Source: Octopus sinensis (Eukaryota). Taken from it: a stretch of 64,000 nucleotides of DNA. Made by a program: the position numbers and the translations under genes. Positions 13,070 to 25,411 of the stretch are shown here, in pieces. Position 1 is the stretch's first letter, and each line of letters opens with the position of its first letter. The notes beneath the pieces are model-generated. The model saw only the letters and a program-made list of their open reading frames with translations, was not told the DNA's origin and ran no database searches. The stretch is from assembly GCF_006345805.1 (NCBI RefSeq), contig NC_043008.1, positions 70,370,001 to 70,434,000 on the forward strand, read 5' to 3'.

Positions 13070-13102
<33 letters not shown>

Positions 13103-13145
13103 ATACATGTATGTATTGATGCATGAATATATATATGTGTGTGGG
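12850..13145. repeat. Degenerate (TA/TG)n tract
   Basis: Direct reading; source of ORFs 12747-13208. Confidence 0.95.
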
Positions 13146-13251
13146 TTTATTTTATGTTTTGTAGTTTATATGTGTGTTTTAAAAAATTCTTTAGAAAACA
13201 AAATTTAGACATCAATGTAAAACTTTTGTATGTTTTTTTTTTATTCTTCAG

Positions 13252-13275
13252 CTGGGTCCAGCAATGTAAAACGCG
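13252..13275 (+). CDS. Candidate 24-nt frame-preserving microexon (xGSSNVKRx in phase 1-1, or xWVQQCKTR in phase 2-2)
   Basis: Strong acceptor TGTTTTTTTTTTATTCTTCAG|, strong donor GCG|GTGAGT, length 8 codons, CGCG retained in CpG-poor surroundings; phase 0 contains TAA. Confidence 0.45.
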
Positions 13276-13300
13276 GTGAGTAGTTTAATCATATGTATAG

Positions 13301-13349
<49 letters not shown>

Positions 13350-14259
13350 TATGTACATATATATCTATATTGTTTTTTTTTAATTCCTCCTCCCACAATC
13401 CGTTCACAACTGCAAAACAGTCACCCCTCCCCCTGATTTCTTGGCATGATTAATTTCACATTAGAACAAACACTATAAACAAGCTCTTCAAGAATATTTA
13501 TATTCTCTGCCACTTTTTGGCCAATAAATCATTAGTAGTTGTTCAGATTTTCACAATATTTCCACTTAGAACTAAATTTAGAAAGGAAACTTAGAAGCAG
13601 AAAAGAATAAGAAAGAATGAAGCCTTATTCATTTGAGACAGATAACTTATCCGGTGATTTCTTTGAGGTAGACTTAGTGGGAAAATATGAATATATTCCA
13701 GACAGCTAAAAGGTGTTTGCTGTTAAGTAGCTGGAGACATTTTAAGATAAACATTTATGATACGGGAGAACAAAGTGGTATAAAGTATTATCAATGGAAT
13801 TTCAGACATATAATCTAAGCTGTGAGGTGTTAGAGTGTTAGTGAGAGAACAGAGGACATGAAAAAGAAAAAAACATAAAATCTTTCAGTGTTGAAAATAA
13901 TGGTTGAGCATAGAGGATACTGGGTAAGAAAACAGCCAAAAAAAAAGCAAAGAAGAAAAAACAAGGCTCTTTTGGAAACCTATATCATGGTTGGTTGGTT
14001 GGTTGTTTAGTTAGTAAAAGTAAAATCTAAATCCAAGGAACTGGAACCAATCACTATCAGCAACAGTGGTTATAAGAACCAAGGAAATTTGTAGGTTCAA
14101 TACATTTGGTTGCTGTGTGGAATGGAAATATTTCACACTTTGAATACAGGTCCTTTGATAGAGTAGTGATAATGATAATAATAATACTCATAATAAAAAA
14201 ATAAAAATAATAATAACAATAAGAATAATGATAATTATAATAACAATTATACTTTCAAA

Positions 14260-14640
14260 GTTTCGCACAAAGCCAACAATCTTAGGAGGCAGGAGTTAGT
14301 TAATTACATCAACCCCAGTACTTAATTGGCATTTTGTGTTATTGACCCTTCAGCAGAATTTGAACTCGGTACATAAACTTCTAAGCATTTTGTCTGAATC
14401 AGTAATAGTTCTGTCAGTTTAGCATCCTGGTTTTAAAGTTTGCATCTAGGATAGCAATTTTTGTGGGGGTGGTGGTTAGTCAGTACCAGCAACCTCAGTA
14501 CTTGACTAGTTATCTATTTTATCAACTTTGAAAATAAGAAAAAAAAATTAAACTCAGGATTTGATCTCAGGACATAAAATGCAGGAAGACATATCTCAAA
14601 GCTTGTATTGCAATGCTCAGACAATTTTGCCAGCTTACCA
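14260..14640 (-). mobile_element. Two decayed tandem SINE-B copies
   Basis: Recognisable CCCCAGTACTTAATTGG...GCAGAATTTGAACTC and CTCAGTACTTGACTAG...GGATTTGATCTCAGGAC blocks. Confidence 0.65.
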
Positions 14641-15437
14641 CTTAATGATATTAAAACTAAGAACTATGACAGTTTATGCTTCAGGTGGATTCTGCAAAGC
14701 CTTTCAATTACCACCATTCAAACATATTATTCTCTTATGTCTTAAATTTTAATCTAACAGAATTGTTTTCTATTATAACTTCTCCATTGAAAGTGCTATA
14801 GCTATTCAACTCTTTATGACAACCCAACTTATTGAAACTTACAATCTCTCTTCAAATCAGTTGTTCCCAACATTAGCATAAAGCCGTATATTCTTCAGGA
14901 GGGTCTAGTCAATTATATCAACCTCACTCCTTGACTTGTACTTTACAGTCAATCCTGGAAGGATAAAAGACAAAGTAAACCTGTCTACAACTTACAATGT
15001 TTGTGTGTTGAGGGTCTGACAAAGACTTCACCATTTTGTTTAAAACTAAAAATATATAGAGCTTAAAATATAAAGGTTTACAATATTAAATATCTTGGTG
15101 TTCAAAACTTGATAACATTTTCAATCTTTTACTTAAAACTTAGAGTTGAGGCTTAAAATATAGGAGCTTAAAATTCAGGGACTTAACAGGGATTTAAAAT
15201 GTATAAATGTTCAGCACTTTCCTTAAAAGCTACTCATTTCAAGGTTCAAATGCTTGTCAATGCTTAGCTTAAAAACAAAACAGTTTACTTTAAAAATATC
15301 TGACTGTTGAAAGTAAGGAAAATGATTTTGTGTTCATAGCGAAATTTAAACTATAAGACATTAATGTCCTAGAATGTATCATTGGTGAAGTAGATGAAAG
15401 GTCTTGTGTACTCTTTTTCAAAACCTAAACTGACATT

Positions 15438-15523
15438 GCTGCTGCTGTTGTTGTTGTTGTTGTTGTTGTTGTTCTTCTTCTTCTTCTTCTTCTTCTTCTT
15501 CTTCTTCTTCTTCTCTTCTTCTT

Positions 15524-15599
<76 letters not shown>

Positions 15600-15612
15600 T
15601 ATTATTATTATT
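15438..15612. repeat. Compound trinucleotide ladder (GCT)3-(GTT)9-(CTT)n-(ATT)n
   Basis: Direct reading; explains the polyQ/E/R/I and polyL/F/S/Y ORFs. Confidence 0.95.
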
Positions 15613-15985
15613 GTGAACTGGAAGAATCATTAGCACACCAGGCAAAATGGGCAAGATGCTTAGCAGTACTTCATCCATCTCTATGTTTTGAGTTCAAATT
15701 CCACTGTGTTTGACTCTGCTTTTCATCCATTTAAATGGTCAATAAAATAATTACCAGTCATATACTGAGGTCAATTTAATCAACTTACTGCTCCCCTGAA
15801 ATTACTGGCATTGTGCCAAAATTTGAAAACATCATCATCATCATCATCAATGGAGTGATTTGGCAGAATTGTTAGCATGCTGAACAACAAAATCCTTCAC
15901 AGTATTTTTTGTGCCTTTATACTCTGAGTTCAAATTCTGCCTAGGTCATATTTGCTGACCTTGGGCCAAAATTTGAAACCAATAA
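15613..15985 (+). mobile_element. Two head-to-tail SINE-B copies (second internally deleted)
   Basis: Two GAGTTCAAATTC box B motifs and two CCAAAATTTGAAA tails separated by (CAT)n. Confidence 0.8.
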
Positions 15986-16756
15986 CAGTAATATTAATAA
16001 CAATCATTGGTAATATTAGCACCTCAGAGAAGTGAATCTTTCAATTAATTTTTGTCACAAAATTTGTTTATGACATTTCTCTTATTTGAAAAAAAAAAAA
16101 AAAAGCTGGGGTGAGTGAAGGCACACCCTAGTAGTCAGGTTGTTCAGTTCATGATCTTTACAGTTATAAAATTGTGGGATCACTTCTTGGACAGAGAAGC
16201 ATGTTGTGTCCTTGCAACAGACTTCTTTTCATATTGCTTCAGCCTACTCAGTTAAAATGAGTACCAACCAAGTACCGGTGCTACCCTGTCTTCTTCCAGC
16301 AGTGGCACCTAGGATCCACTGCTGGATAAAGGCATGAGGGAACTGAAAGGGTATCTATGGTGCTCACAACTACAAAAGGACCTAAAACAGTTAGCAAAAG
16401 CATAGTACATATTGCCAAGCCATACTTGCTCATGGATAATAAGTGGCTGTACTTTCTAGCAGAGTGAGGACAAAAAAAAAACAGAAAACAAAAACAAAGA
16501 AACAACTAAAATAATCCTGTGCATTTTTAAATGTTAAAATTTAAAGTTATTCTAAGTGTGCAGTGTCAACAATCTTAACCTAATTTTAAACCCAAATTGT
16601 TGTGGTTAAGATGTTTAAATGTAGGAAATGCAAGAAAAGTATATTCAGTTTTCTGATTTTAAAAAAGAAATTACATCCATAGTTCAATATCTAGAACTAT
16701 GGATATATATATTGAGGGCTTGTTAATTCATTCAGTGTTTCTTTCGAAATTTGCAT

Positions 16757-17170
16757 TCATCATCGCCACATTCATCCACTTTCTCATGCTTAATAGAGCA
16801 ACGGTCAGACCCAGTTAATTGTGGCAGATTTCCAATGGGTGGATGCTATTCCTGTCACCAACCTTCACCTGTTTCGAAGTAGAATGATATTTTTCCCTAG
16901 TCTTTTATCCATTAACAGCCTGTCAATCAGACATATTTTCATGGAATATTTCAAATGAAGGACACCACTCATATGTAGGTGATATTCGTTTACAATTAGT
17001 ATGCAATGTTATGACAAAGGGACACACTTAGACATGCACATACACATGGATACATATACACAAACACACACACTGATACATACAGATAGATAATATATGT
17101 GTGTGTGTGTGTGTGTGCATATATACATATATACACACATACATATACATACACACACACATGCACACGT

Positions 17171-17206
<36 letters not shown>

Positions 17207-17362
17207 ATATCCACACAACAGGCTCCGTTTAGATTCTGTCTGCTAAATATACTCACAAGGCTTCTGTCAGCCTGAGACCAAGGAGCCAAAACATGTGACT
17301 GAACCTAAAACCACATGATTATAAAGTGAACTTCTTAACCACGTCCCCATGCCTGAACCTAT
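16757..17362 (-). mobile_element. SINE-A head variant with RTE-like 3' tail, internal microsatellite expanded
   Basis: Head at 17215-17362; tail (GGATGCTATTCCTGTCACCAACCTTCACCTGTTT; CATCATC terminus) at 16757-17030; same layout as 24485-24855 and 52065-52510. Confidence 0.65.
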
Positions 17363-18665
17363 AAGATTATAAGGCTTAAAATCATTCGGCTTGACATACC
17401 CTGAATTGGATTTATTGTCGATTAGCATTAGTGAATTTAGTATAATTCACTGATGTTTGAAAGCATGATGATGACATGTTGAGAACTAGTTGACAGATGT
17501 TCATCAACATGTGTTAGTAGTGCAACTGTTAGGTGTATATGCCATCATGCTTCATCTACAGAGAATCAGCATTTCAAGTGATTCTGTTATTCTTGTTAAG
17601 ATTAATAAAAGAATTTGGCTCCGTAATGAGAATGCTGACTGCAAAAATGAATCTTTACAAATGATAGATAATTGTTGTTACTCATGAAAACACAAAACAA
17701 TAATAATAATGATGATGATAATAATAAAATTAAAATTAAAAATAAAAATAGATATCAGATAAAAAGCCTAATATAACGACAAAGAAAAAACGACTTAATT
17801 GGCATTTGAGAGAATGAAGCTGAAGAGACAATGGTTAGAATTTTGAAATAAATATATAAATAAAAAAACAATAGCTTCCTACTTATTCTGAAAATGAGAC
17901 TGTATTTTTCTATGCTTCAAATGATAAAATTCATGTGTTGATCTGTAAAAACAAATCCTTAATTCAGTGTATAAGTTAATCTTTTACTTGCAGTATACTG
18001 ATATGAGTCAAATAAACCTTACACAGCGTAGGTTTTTGAAAAGATAACTGGGGATTTCTGGAAAGATAATAAGTACATTAGTTATTGAACAAAGCATAAC
18101 ACGTTCTACTTTATAAAGAGAAAGAAAGATATATATATATATATGTTAGTATGTGTGTGCTTAGCTCGTGAGCTGAAACTAGATAAAATAAAAAATAAAA
18201 TATACACACACATATACATTCACAAGCACACGCACAGACACACACACACACACACATATATATATGTATACACACAAAAACACACATACACACATATATA
18301 TATATATACACACAAAAACACACACACACACATATTTATATATCATAAAGTTTACACAGATACTGATTTTTTGCTTCAGTACAGATGTTTGTCCATTAGT
18401 TTCTACATCCATTTTTCTATGGTAGCATTGGTTAGATGAATACATATTATGTTAAGTCAGATGGATGCTTTTCCTGTCACCAACCATAACTTGTTTTTCA
18501 AGCAAGGTTTCTCTTACTCTGCATGTTTTCAAAAGTGCAAATCTAGTGAATGATCTGTTGACTACGGAATATCAACAACATTTCAGTGAATGTACCTCAA
18601 TGCTTTCTCATGCAAAATGCATATAATGTAGACAGTTCCATGCATACATGTGCACATATGTTTTA

Positions 18666-18835
18666 CAGGTGCAGGCATGGCTGTGCAGTTAAATAGTTCT
18701 TTTCCTAACTATGTGAGTTTTTTAGTTCAATCCCACTGATTGAAATTTTGGCAAAGTGTCTTCTATTCCTGCTGTAGGCTAACCAAACCTTGTAAGTCAA
18801 TTCGATCAGTAGAAACTGAAAGAAGCCCATCATAT
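18666..18835 (+). mobile_element. Decayed SINE-A 5' half
   Basis: CAGGTGCAGGCATGGCTGTG...GAAACTGAAAGAAGCCCATC. Confidence 0.7.
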
Positions 18836-19974
18836 GTATGTGCAAGTGTGTGTGTAGGTTTGTTTACATTCTCCAAAAATCACTCAGATATAAGCAGTGT
18901 AGGAGTTTTTGTCATTTACCCAGTTGACAGGTCATCCATTGTCACTAGCCAACCAGTACCTGAAAAACAAGGGTTAGTGGCAGGAAGAGCACCTAGCTCT
19001 AAAACAATGCCTTAACAATATATTCATCTCACCCTTGCTAATGATGAAAAACTTTTAAAAGCAAACGAATACACACATACACACGTATATGCAGTGGGCC
19101 TCTTTCATCCTATCGAGAGCTATAGCAGAAGGCTTTAGCCAGCTGCCATGCAGTGGGATGGAATTCAAAACCTTGTGGTTGTGAAAATTAGTTTCTTAAG
19201 CACATAGCTATGGCTTGACTATAAAGATGTTGGATTATTAGTTATATGGCCATTAGGTTTAGATCCAACATCTATCTAACTCTGCTTGCTTCAGCTAGCC
19301 TGACCAAGCAAAAAGCAAGTTCCATATCTACTTCATTGTTAAGTAGTTAGCAGTCAGAAGTGGCATTATACATCTTTTAAATAACAAAACAGTAGCTCCA
19401 ACAAGTAAACCATTCTACTTTTATATTCCATATAATTGAAAGCATGTGCATAAGCTCCTAGGTGGTAGATCTTAAACTGCTGTTTGGGTTAACTCTCCCA
19501 TTTGGCCCTTGGATGCTTCTAATAGTATTCACTATTTTGTGAACATTTAGGCCCATGATATTGTCTAAGGGTAACTTCTATTCCTCCCACTAGTTTTAAG
19601 GTCCCTGTAAAAAAAAGTAAGGGCCATGGGCATTGCCCTCCATCTTCCCAATGACCATGCCATTAAAAATATAGGATATCTTTGAGAGAAGATAATGATA
19701 TTAATAATGAAGACAATAATATAATGCGCAACATATATTAAGGCCCTATGAAATAGCACAACACTCATGACACACACCACACACAACAGAACAAACACTA
19801 ACATAATGATAAGGAAGAAACTAAACCCCATAACAAAACCTGACACAATACATCAACAGGAGTCCTTGCTCTCTCACTCCCCATAAGAATAAGAGCATGA
19901 TACTGCACACACCTCAGGTACACTGAGGTGTACCAGATGGTGCAGCAGAGACTCGCATGGAACTACTGAATAAT

Positions 19975-21005
19975 AATCCCTTCTACTATAGGCACATAGC
20001 CTGAAATTTGTGGGGAGGGGACTAGTCAATTACATCAACCCCAGTGTTTAACTAGTACTTAATTTATCAACCCTAAAAGGATGAAAAGTGAAATCAACCT
20101 TGGCAGAATTTGAACCCAGAATGTAGCAATGGGCGAAATACCACATACTGTCTGGCATGCTAACAATTCTGCCAGCTTGGAACTACCGAATAATGATAAA
20201 CCATATAATTGCTTCAAATTTTTGACAGAAGACCAGCAATTTTGTGGTGGGAGGAGGTAAGATGATAACATCAACCTTAGTTCTTAACTGGTACTTATTT
20301 TATCAATCCCTAAGAGGATGAATAAACTTAGAACGTAAAGAGTAAAAGAAATGTCACTAAATATTCATCAATTCCATCAGCTGGCTTCCTTAAAAATGAT
20401 GATAGTTTTTTTTCCAAATTTCTGCAATAAGGCCACCAATTTGGATGAGTTGGTTAAGTTGATTTCATCAATCTCAGTACTTGACTGATATCTGTTTTAT
20501 CACTCTCGAAATGATTGAATGGTCAAGTTGACCTTGGTTGAATTTGGACTCAGAATATAATAGCAATAATAATAATAACCCTTTCTTTGATAAGTACAAG
20601 ACCTGAAATGTTGGGAAATTTTGACCCCAGCTCGACTAGGACTGATTTCATCAACACTCTAAAAATGAAAGACAAAGTTGACCTCAGCATTTGAACCCAG
20701 AATGTGAAGATGGATGAAAATGTCACTCAGCATTTAGTCTGGTATGTAAGCAATTCAGCCAGCTCACTGCCTTAAGAATAACAATGATAATTCTTTCTAC
20801 CATAGGCAAAAGACTTGGATTTTTGTGGGGATGGGGACAGTTGATCACATCGATCCCAGTACTCAACTGGTACTTAATTTATCAACCCCGAAGGGATGAA
20901 AGGAAAAGTCGACCTTGGTTGAATTTGAACTCAGAACATAGCAGCAGATGAAATACTGCTAAGCATTTCACCCAGTGTGCTAATGATTCTGCCAGCCTGC
21001 CACCT
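19975..21005 (-). mobile_element. Array of five head-to-tail SINE-B copies
   Basis: Copies at about 19975-20185, 20200-20400, 20410-20560, 20580-20775 and 20790-21005, all on the minus strand, separated by short AAT/GAT tracts and of differing divergence. Confidence 0.8.
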
Positions 21006-21006
21006 A

Positions 21007-21029
21007 TAATAATAATAATAATAATAATA

Positions 21030-21073
<44 letters not shown>

Positions 21074-21101
21074 TAATAATAATAATATAATAATAATAAT
21101 G

Positions 21102-21135
<34 letters not shown>

Positions 21136-21160
21136 CAACAACAACAACAGCAGCAGCAGC
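21007..21160. repeat. Compound trinucleotide ladder (AAT)n-(AAC)6-(AGC)4
   Basis: Direct reading. Confidence 0.95.
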
Positions 21161-21399
21161 TTTCTTTTATTATGCCACCAGGGAGATATAAAATTAGTAT
21201 AAAGGTTCTCAGAACATGAAGGGATGTTGAAACATCATTATATAAAAATGAAAAGTTAGGCAAGAACATTATACAGTTTATATAAAAGCATATTAAGAAA
21301 TTTGAAATATATAGGATAGTCAACTACACACACATGCATACACAAAAAATAAGCACAACCTATAGGCACACAGGTGATAAACTGCCACCTAAGTTAGAT

Positions 21400-22790
21400 T
21401 AGAGCCTCTCACTGCTACAACTGTTACTATTGTGCACTCCCATGTACATGTCATGATGCTCAGAATGTTTTAGTTTCAAATATGTCCATGGACATTTGAG
21501 GTATTGGAGTAGATAGGAAGAAGCCCACATCTTCCACATAATTCAGGTACCACTACCAATAAAGAGCTGCTGTAGTTTCTGTCAACAATCCTTTGAGTGT
21601 TCATTATATTCTGCCCTCATCTCATTGCAAGCTAGCACTTTCTCAGTTCTATTCTCCTTCTGCGTGTCATTTAGGAAATCCTTCAGATCATTGTTTGATG
21701 TTCTCTAACACTGTAAACTCAAAGGAAGAAGTGGGCTTCTTGTCTTGCTTTCTTCTGGGAACGAGGTGTGTCTCCCTGTTTGTTCTGCATGCTTTGCTTG
21801 GGCTCCTTGTTCCTGCTCTGCTTTCTTTTTTCTTCTCTTTTTTTTATCCAGTTTTATTTGATAGCTATTTCCTGTCTCTGTTTTATTGCTATTGTAGGAA
21901 TATGAAGGGTTTTTGCTCGTGGAAGAGTGGTGGGGTTTGATGTCACAATCTTTGAATTCTTGTTCATTTACTTTTTTGTCCTTGGCTTCTGGCTCTGAGG
22001 ACAAAGCATATACTTTGACCAACTTTGAAGCTGCAATTTGCAATGTGGCTTGTGATGGTCAAGAACTAGAGTTAGCCATTTCTGGAGCCCACTGTTACTT
22101 GCTCTGTTGCTGTGAGCTAGACTCTCCCATTTCTAGCTTCTTACAACAGTAAACCCTCAAATACTTCTTACTGTCACACATGTAGAAGCTAGTCTTCTGT
22201 CTTGTACCACTAGTCACATGGTTTTCTTTTGTAACCATTATGGGGCTGAGTTTCAGAGAGGCCCTGTGATTTTAGGGGGTCATTAATCTTGTATGTTCAT
22301 ACAAGTCTTTCTCAGTCACATGCCAGTTAGCATAGCAACCACCATATTGTTGTACTGTGTTGCAAAGGTGACAATAAATCAAGGCTCAGCACCATTGCCA
22401 AAACCTTTCTGCTCCATATATTGTAGTACAACTTGTCAGCAGGTGTGTCATACAACAACTAGGTGTGTTAAAATGCCTTGCCTTTAATCTTAGAAACAAA
22501 GGAGATACTCCCATATGCTTTGCTTGAGTTGATGAAAATCATATCTTTTCACACATTGGCCAGAGTTTCCTTCAAATTTTCTTTTGAGAAGAATAGACAA
22601 ACTCCTCCTTTATTTACAATGCAGAAGTAAGTTGCCTGCCTCTTGCACTTGGAAAAAAGTTTCAGGTAAGAAAGCATTTGCTTTGGTCATTTATTTCTGC
22701 TATGCTATCCTTCCTCTGGTAGTTGATTCATATTTAAACTTTCCTTATTACTAGCAATATGGGCAAATGAGTTGTGTTTTCACCATTAAA
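21400..22790 (-). pseudogene. Possible decayed LINE ORF1-like (gag-like) coding relic
   Basis: Non-microsatellite, more balanced composition. Broken minus-strand frames include PIMVT..GTRQKTSFYMCDSKKYLRVYC (resembles an eroded CCHC knuckle) and a KKKRRKKK basic tract. Assignment is inference. Confidence 0.3.
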
Positions 22791-23103
22791 ATTTTTGCTA
22801 ACATTTGCTTGTGTGTGTGTGTGTATATATTATAGTGTGAAAAATAATATTAAAAGATATAATTACTTGTGAAAATTGTATTTTCTGTGTATTTTTTAAA
22901 GTACAAATAATTATATTCTTGTGTTTTTGTTTTTTTCTTTTTTTTGTTAAAATATTGGGGGAATGTTCTTGACTTAGTTTCCATGTTTGAATAGATTATC
23001 AGCAAGCAAAGTTCACTTGTTGCATTAAATTCTTTTTTTACTTTCAAATGGGAAAAATTCATACTAGAAGAATAATCCTACATTCTATGAATAAAGTGCA
23101 CAT

Positions 23104-23525
23104 CAGGGCCAGATTAAGATCCACAGAGGCCCTAAGCACTTGAAAGATTTTGGTGCCCTCACATATATGTAATTCAAAATATAAACAATAATAAACCATA
23201 AAAGAAATTTTTATTTTTCAAAATAAAACAAAACTAACACCAAGATGGAACATAATGCTTCTTTTTGTACTCTTCCACTTTATTTGTATTTAAAAAGTTC
23301 CCAACTTTTTAAAAATTGCTTAGTCTTTGATCAGATCTTCAAAATTAGTCCTACGTAATACATTTACTTCAATACTTAGTGGATATTAGGCATTCCAAAT
23401 ATTATTTTAGCGAGTTTAAAGTGATTTCTTTTGTGTTGTAAACCATTTACCATTTCTGTGATGTCTCCTCTTCCCTTGATACCCTATGCACGTGCTTATT
23501 TTGTTTAAGGATTAATTCAGCAATG
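23104..23525. mobile_element. 422-bp hAT-type MITE with 8-bp TSD GTGCACAT
   Basis: GTGCACAT (23096-23103)|CAGGGCCAGATTAA ... TTAATTCAGCAATG|GTGCACAT (23526-23533); TIRs match 9/14. An 8-bp TSD with CAG ends is typical of hAT. Confidence 0.8.
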
Positions 23526-23549
23526 GTGCACATGAAATGATAATAATAA

Positions 23550-23760
23550 GCCTTTCTCCTCACAAGGCCTGTGATTTTGAGGGAGTGGGCTTATTGATTA
23601 ACTTGACCCTATTGCACAGGTGGTACTTAATTTATCACCCCTGAAAGGAGGATGAACGTTAAACTCAACCTCAGCAGAATTTGAACTCAGGACATAGAGC
23701 AGAAGAAATATTGTGCAGTATTTTGTCTGTCATGCTAATGATTCTACCAGCTCACTTCCT
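23550..23760 (-). mobile_element. SINE family B
   Basis: Family blocks recognisable, flanked by AAT tracts. Confidence 0.85.
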
Positions 23761-24282
23761 TTTTTAATAATGATAATAATAACAGTTTATTCTTTATTAT
23801 AATAACAAATAAATAAATAAATAAATAAATGAAAGAGGATTGGTGAATCAAATCAGTAATCAGTGCAATGCCAGCATTGATTCTATGAACCTTGGAATGG
23901 TAGTCACAGAGTACTGAGAATGTATAGAGTCAGAACAAAACATTAAAATTTTGTTTGGTGCTTCCTCATTTTTCTTATTCCACTGACCTCCATAAGATAT
24001 AATTGTAATGATAGTGTCTACAAGATACTAAATATTGTGAGGGAGAGTTAGTTCATTTCATCAAGCTCAGAATTTAACTTATGTATTTTTTTGACCACAG
24101 AATAAAGAAAATGAAGACCAACCCAAGTGGGATTTGAACTCCCATCATAAGGGAATATAATTGAGTACCTTAAGGCAAATTTACTTGGGGCTCTATGAAT
24201 TCTGTTGGATTCTAATGGTTCATTTTTACTACTGCCTCTTTGGAATTTATGCTCTTGTACCAATTATTATTATTATTATTAT

Positions 24283-24430
24283 TAAAGCAAGGCTTTGGAT
24301 TGGCAGAATCATTAGTGTCGTATTAAGTTACAGTATTTTACACAGTGAGTTCAAATCTTGCCAAAGTCAGCTTTGCCGTTCAACCTTGAGGGATTGACAA
24401 AATAAAGTTCCAGCTTAGAACTGGGTTCCA
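24283..24430 (+). mobile_element. SINE family B, 3' truncated
   Basis: TTGGCAGAATCATTAGT...GAGTTCAAATCTTGCC directly after (ATT)n. Confidence 0.75.
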
Positions 24431-24484
24431 TATCAAAGAAACTGTGCACATGTGTGTATGTGTAGATGCAGGTATCGTTGAGTT

Positions 24485-24855
24485 GTAAGAAATTTGCTAA
24501 CCAGCCACATGGTCTCTGGTTCAGTCCCACTGTAGGGCACCTTGGGCAAGTGCCTTCTAGCAAAAGCCTTGTGAGTTGGTTTTGTTCATGGAAATAGAAA
24601 GAAGTTCATCATTTGTGTGTGTTAGTTTCTCCTTACCTTGGCAACATATAGTTGTAAATGAGCATCAACGTCATGGAAGTGCTATCCTTCATTTTCAATA
24701 TTTCTTGAAAACATATCTGACAATGCAGAACTATTACCTTATTTGGAAACAGGTGAGAGTTGGTAATAAGAAGGACGTCAGGGCTGTAGATAATCTGCCT
24801 CAATGAATTTCAGCCAGCCCATACAAGCATGGAAAAGTGGATGGTAACATGATGA
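24485..24855 (+). mobile_element. SINE-A head with RTE-like tail
   Basis: GGTTCAGTCCCACTGTAGGGCACCTTGGGCAAGTG head; tail TTACCTTATTTGGAAACAGGTGAGAGTTGG...CCCATACAAGCATGGAAAAGTGGATG..ATGATGAT. Confidence 0.75.
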
Positions 24856-25371
24856 TAATGTGTACATGTATTCTTACTCTTTTCTTGCACACCTGCCTAA
24901 ATGTGAACATTAATATTTTGCTGTAGGATTTCATTTTGAAGAATGACTTCTCCCTACCCATGATATGTGCACGTACCACTCTTACTCCAAATGACATTAG
25001 AAGACTATCAGGCACCATTGGTGCTTTGGTATAATTTCACTCTCTCCGTAGTACACCCTACTTGATCCTTTGGAGCTAGATGGGGACAGCTATTCTTGTC
25101 TACAGAAATCAGTAAAGAAAGCATTTGCTGATGTGTATGAAAACTTGCCAAGCTGATATCAAATTATTGTGAGCATACAAAAAATAAAGACAATCAAAAT
25201 TATAATGTCTGCATACATTTTTAACATGTTCTTGCACACCAAAATGTGAACATGGCTTTTCACTGTTGGATATCCCCTGAAAGTACTTCTCTTTGTAAAC
25301 AGTATGTATAGACACCATACCTGCTCTAAGTGATGTCAGTAGACTTTCAGACGATGTTTATACACACACGC

Positions 25372-25411
<40 letters not shown>

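Noticed and set aside
15394-15678. PolyQ/E/R/I and polyL/F/S/Y ORFs
   Set aside because: Compound trinucleotide repeat abutting a SINE; no splice or coding context.
16296-16325. Perfect 10-bp hairpin CCAGCAGTGG/CCACTGCTGG
   Set aside because: Short and within a decayed SINE-like body; not a terminator in this eukaryotic context.
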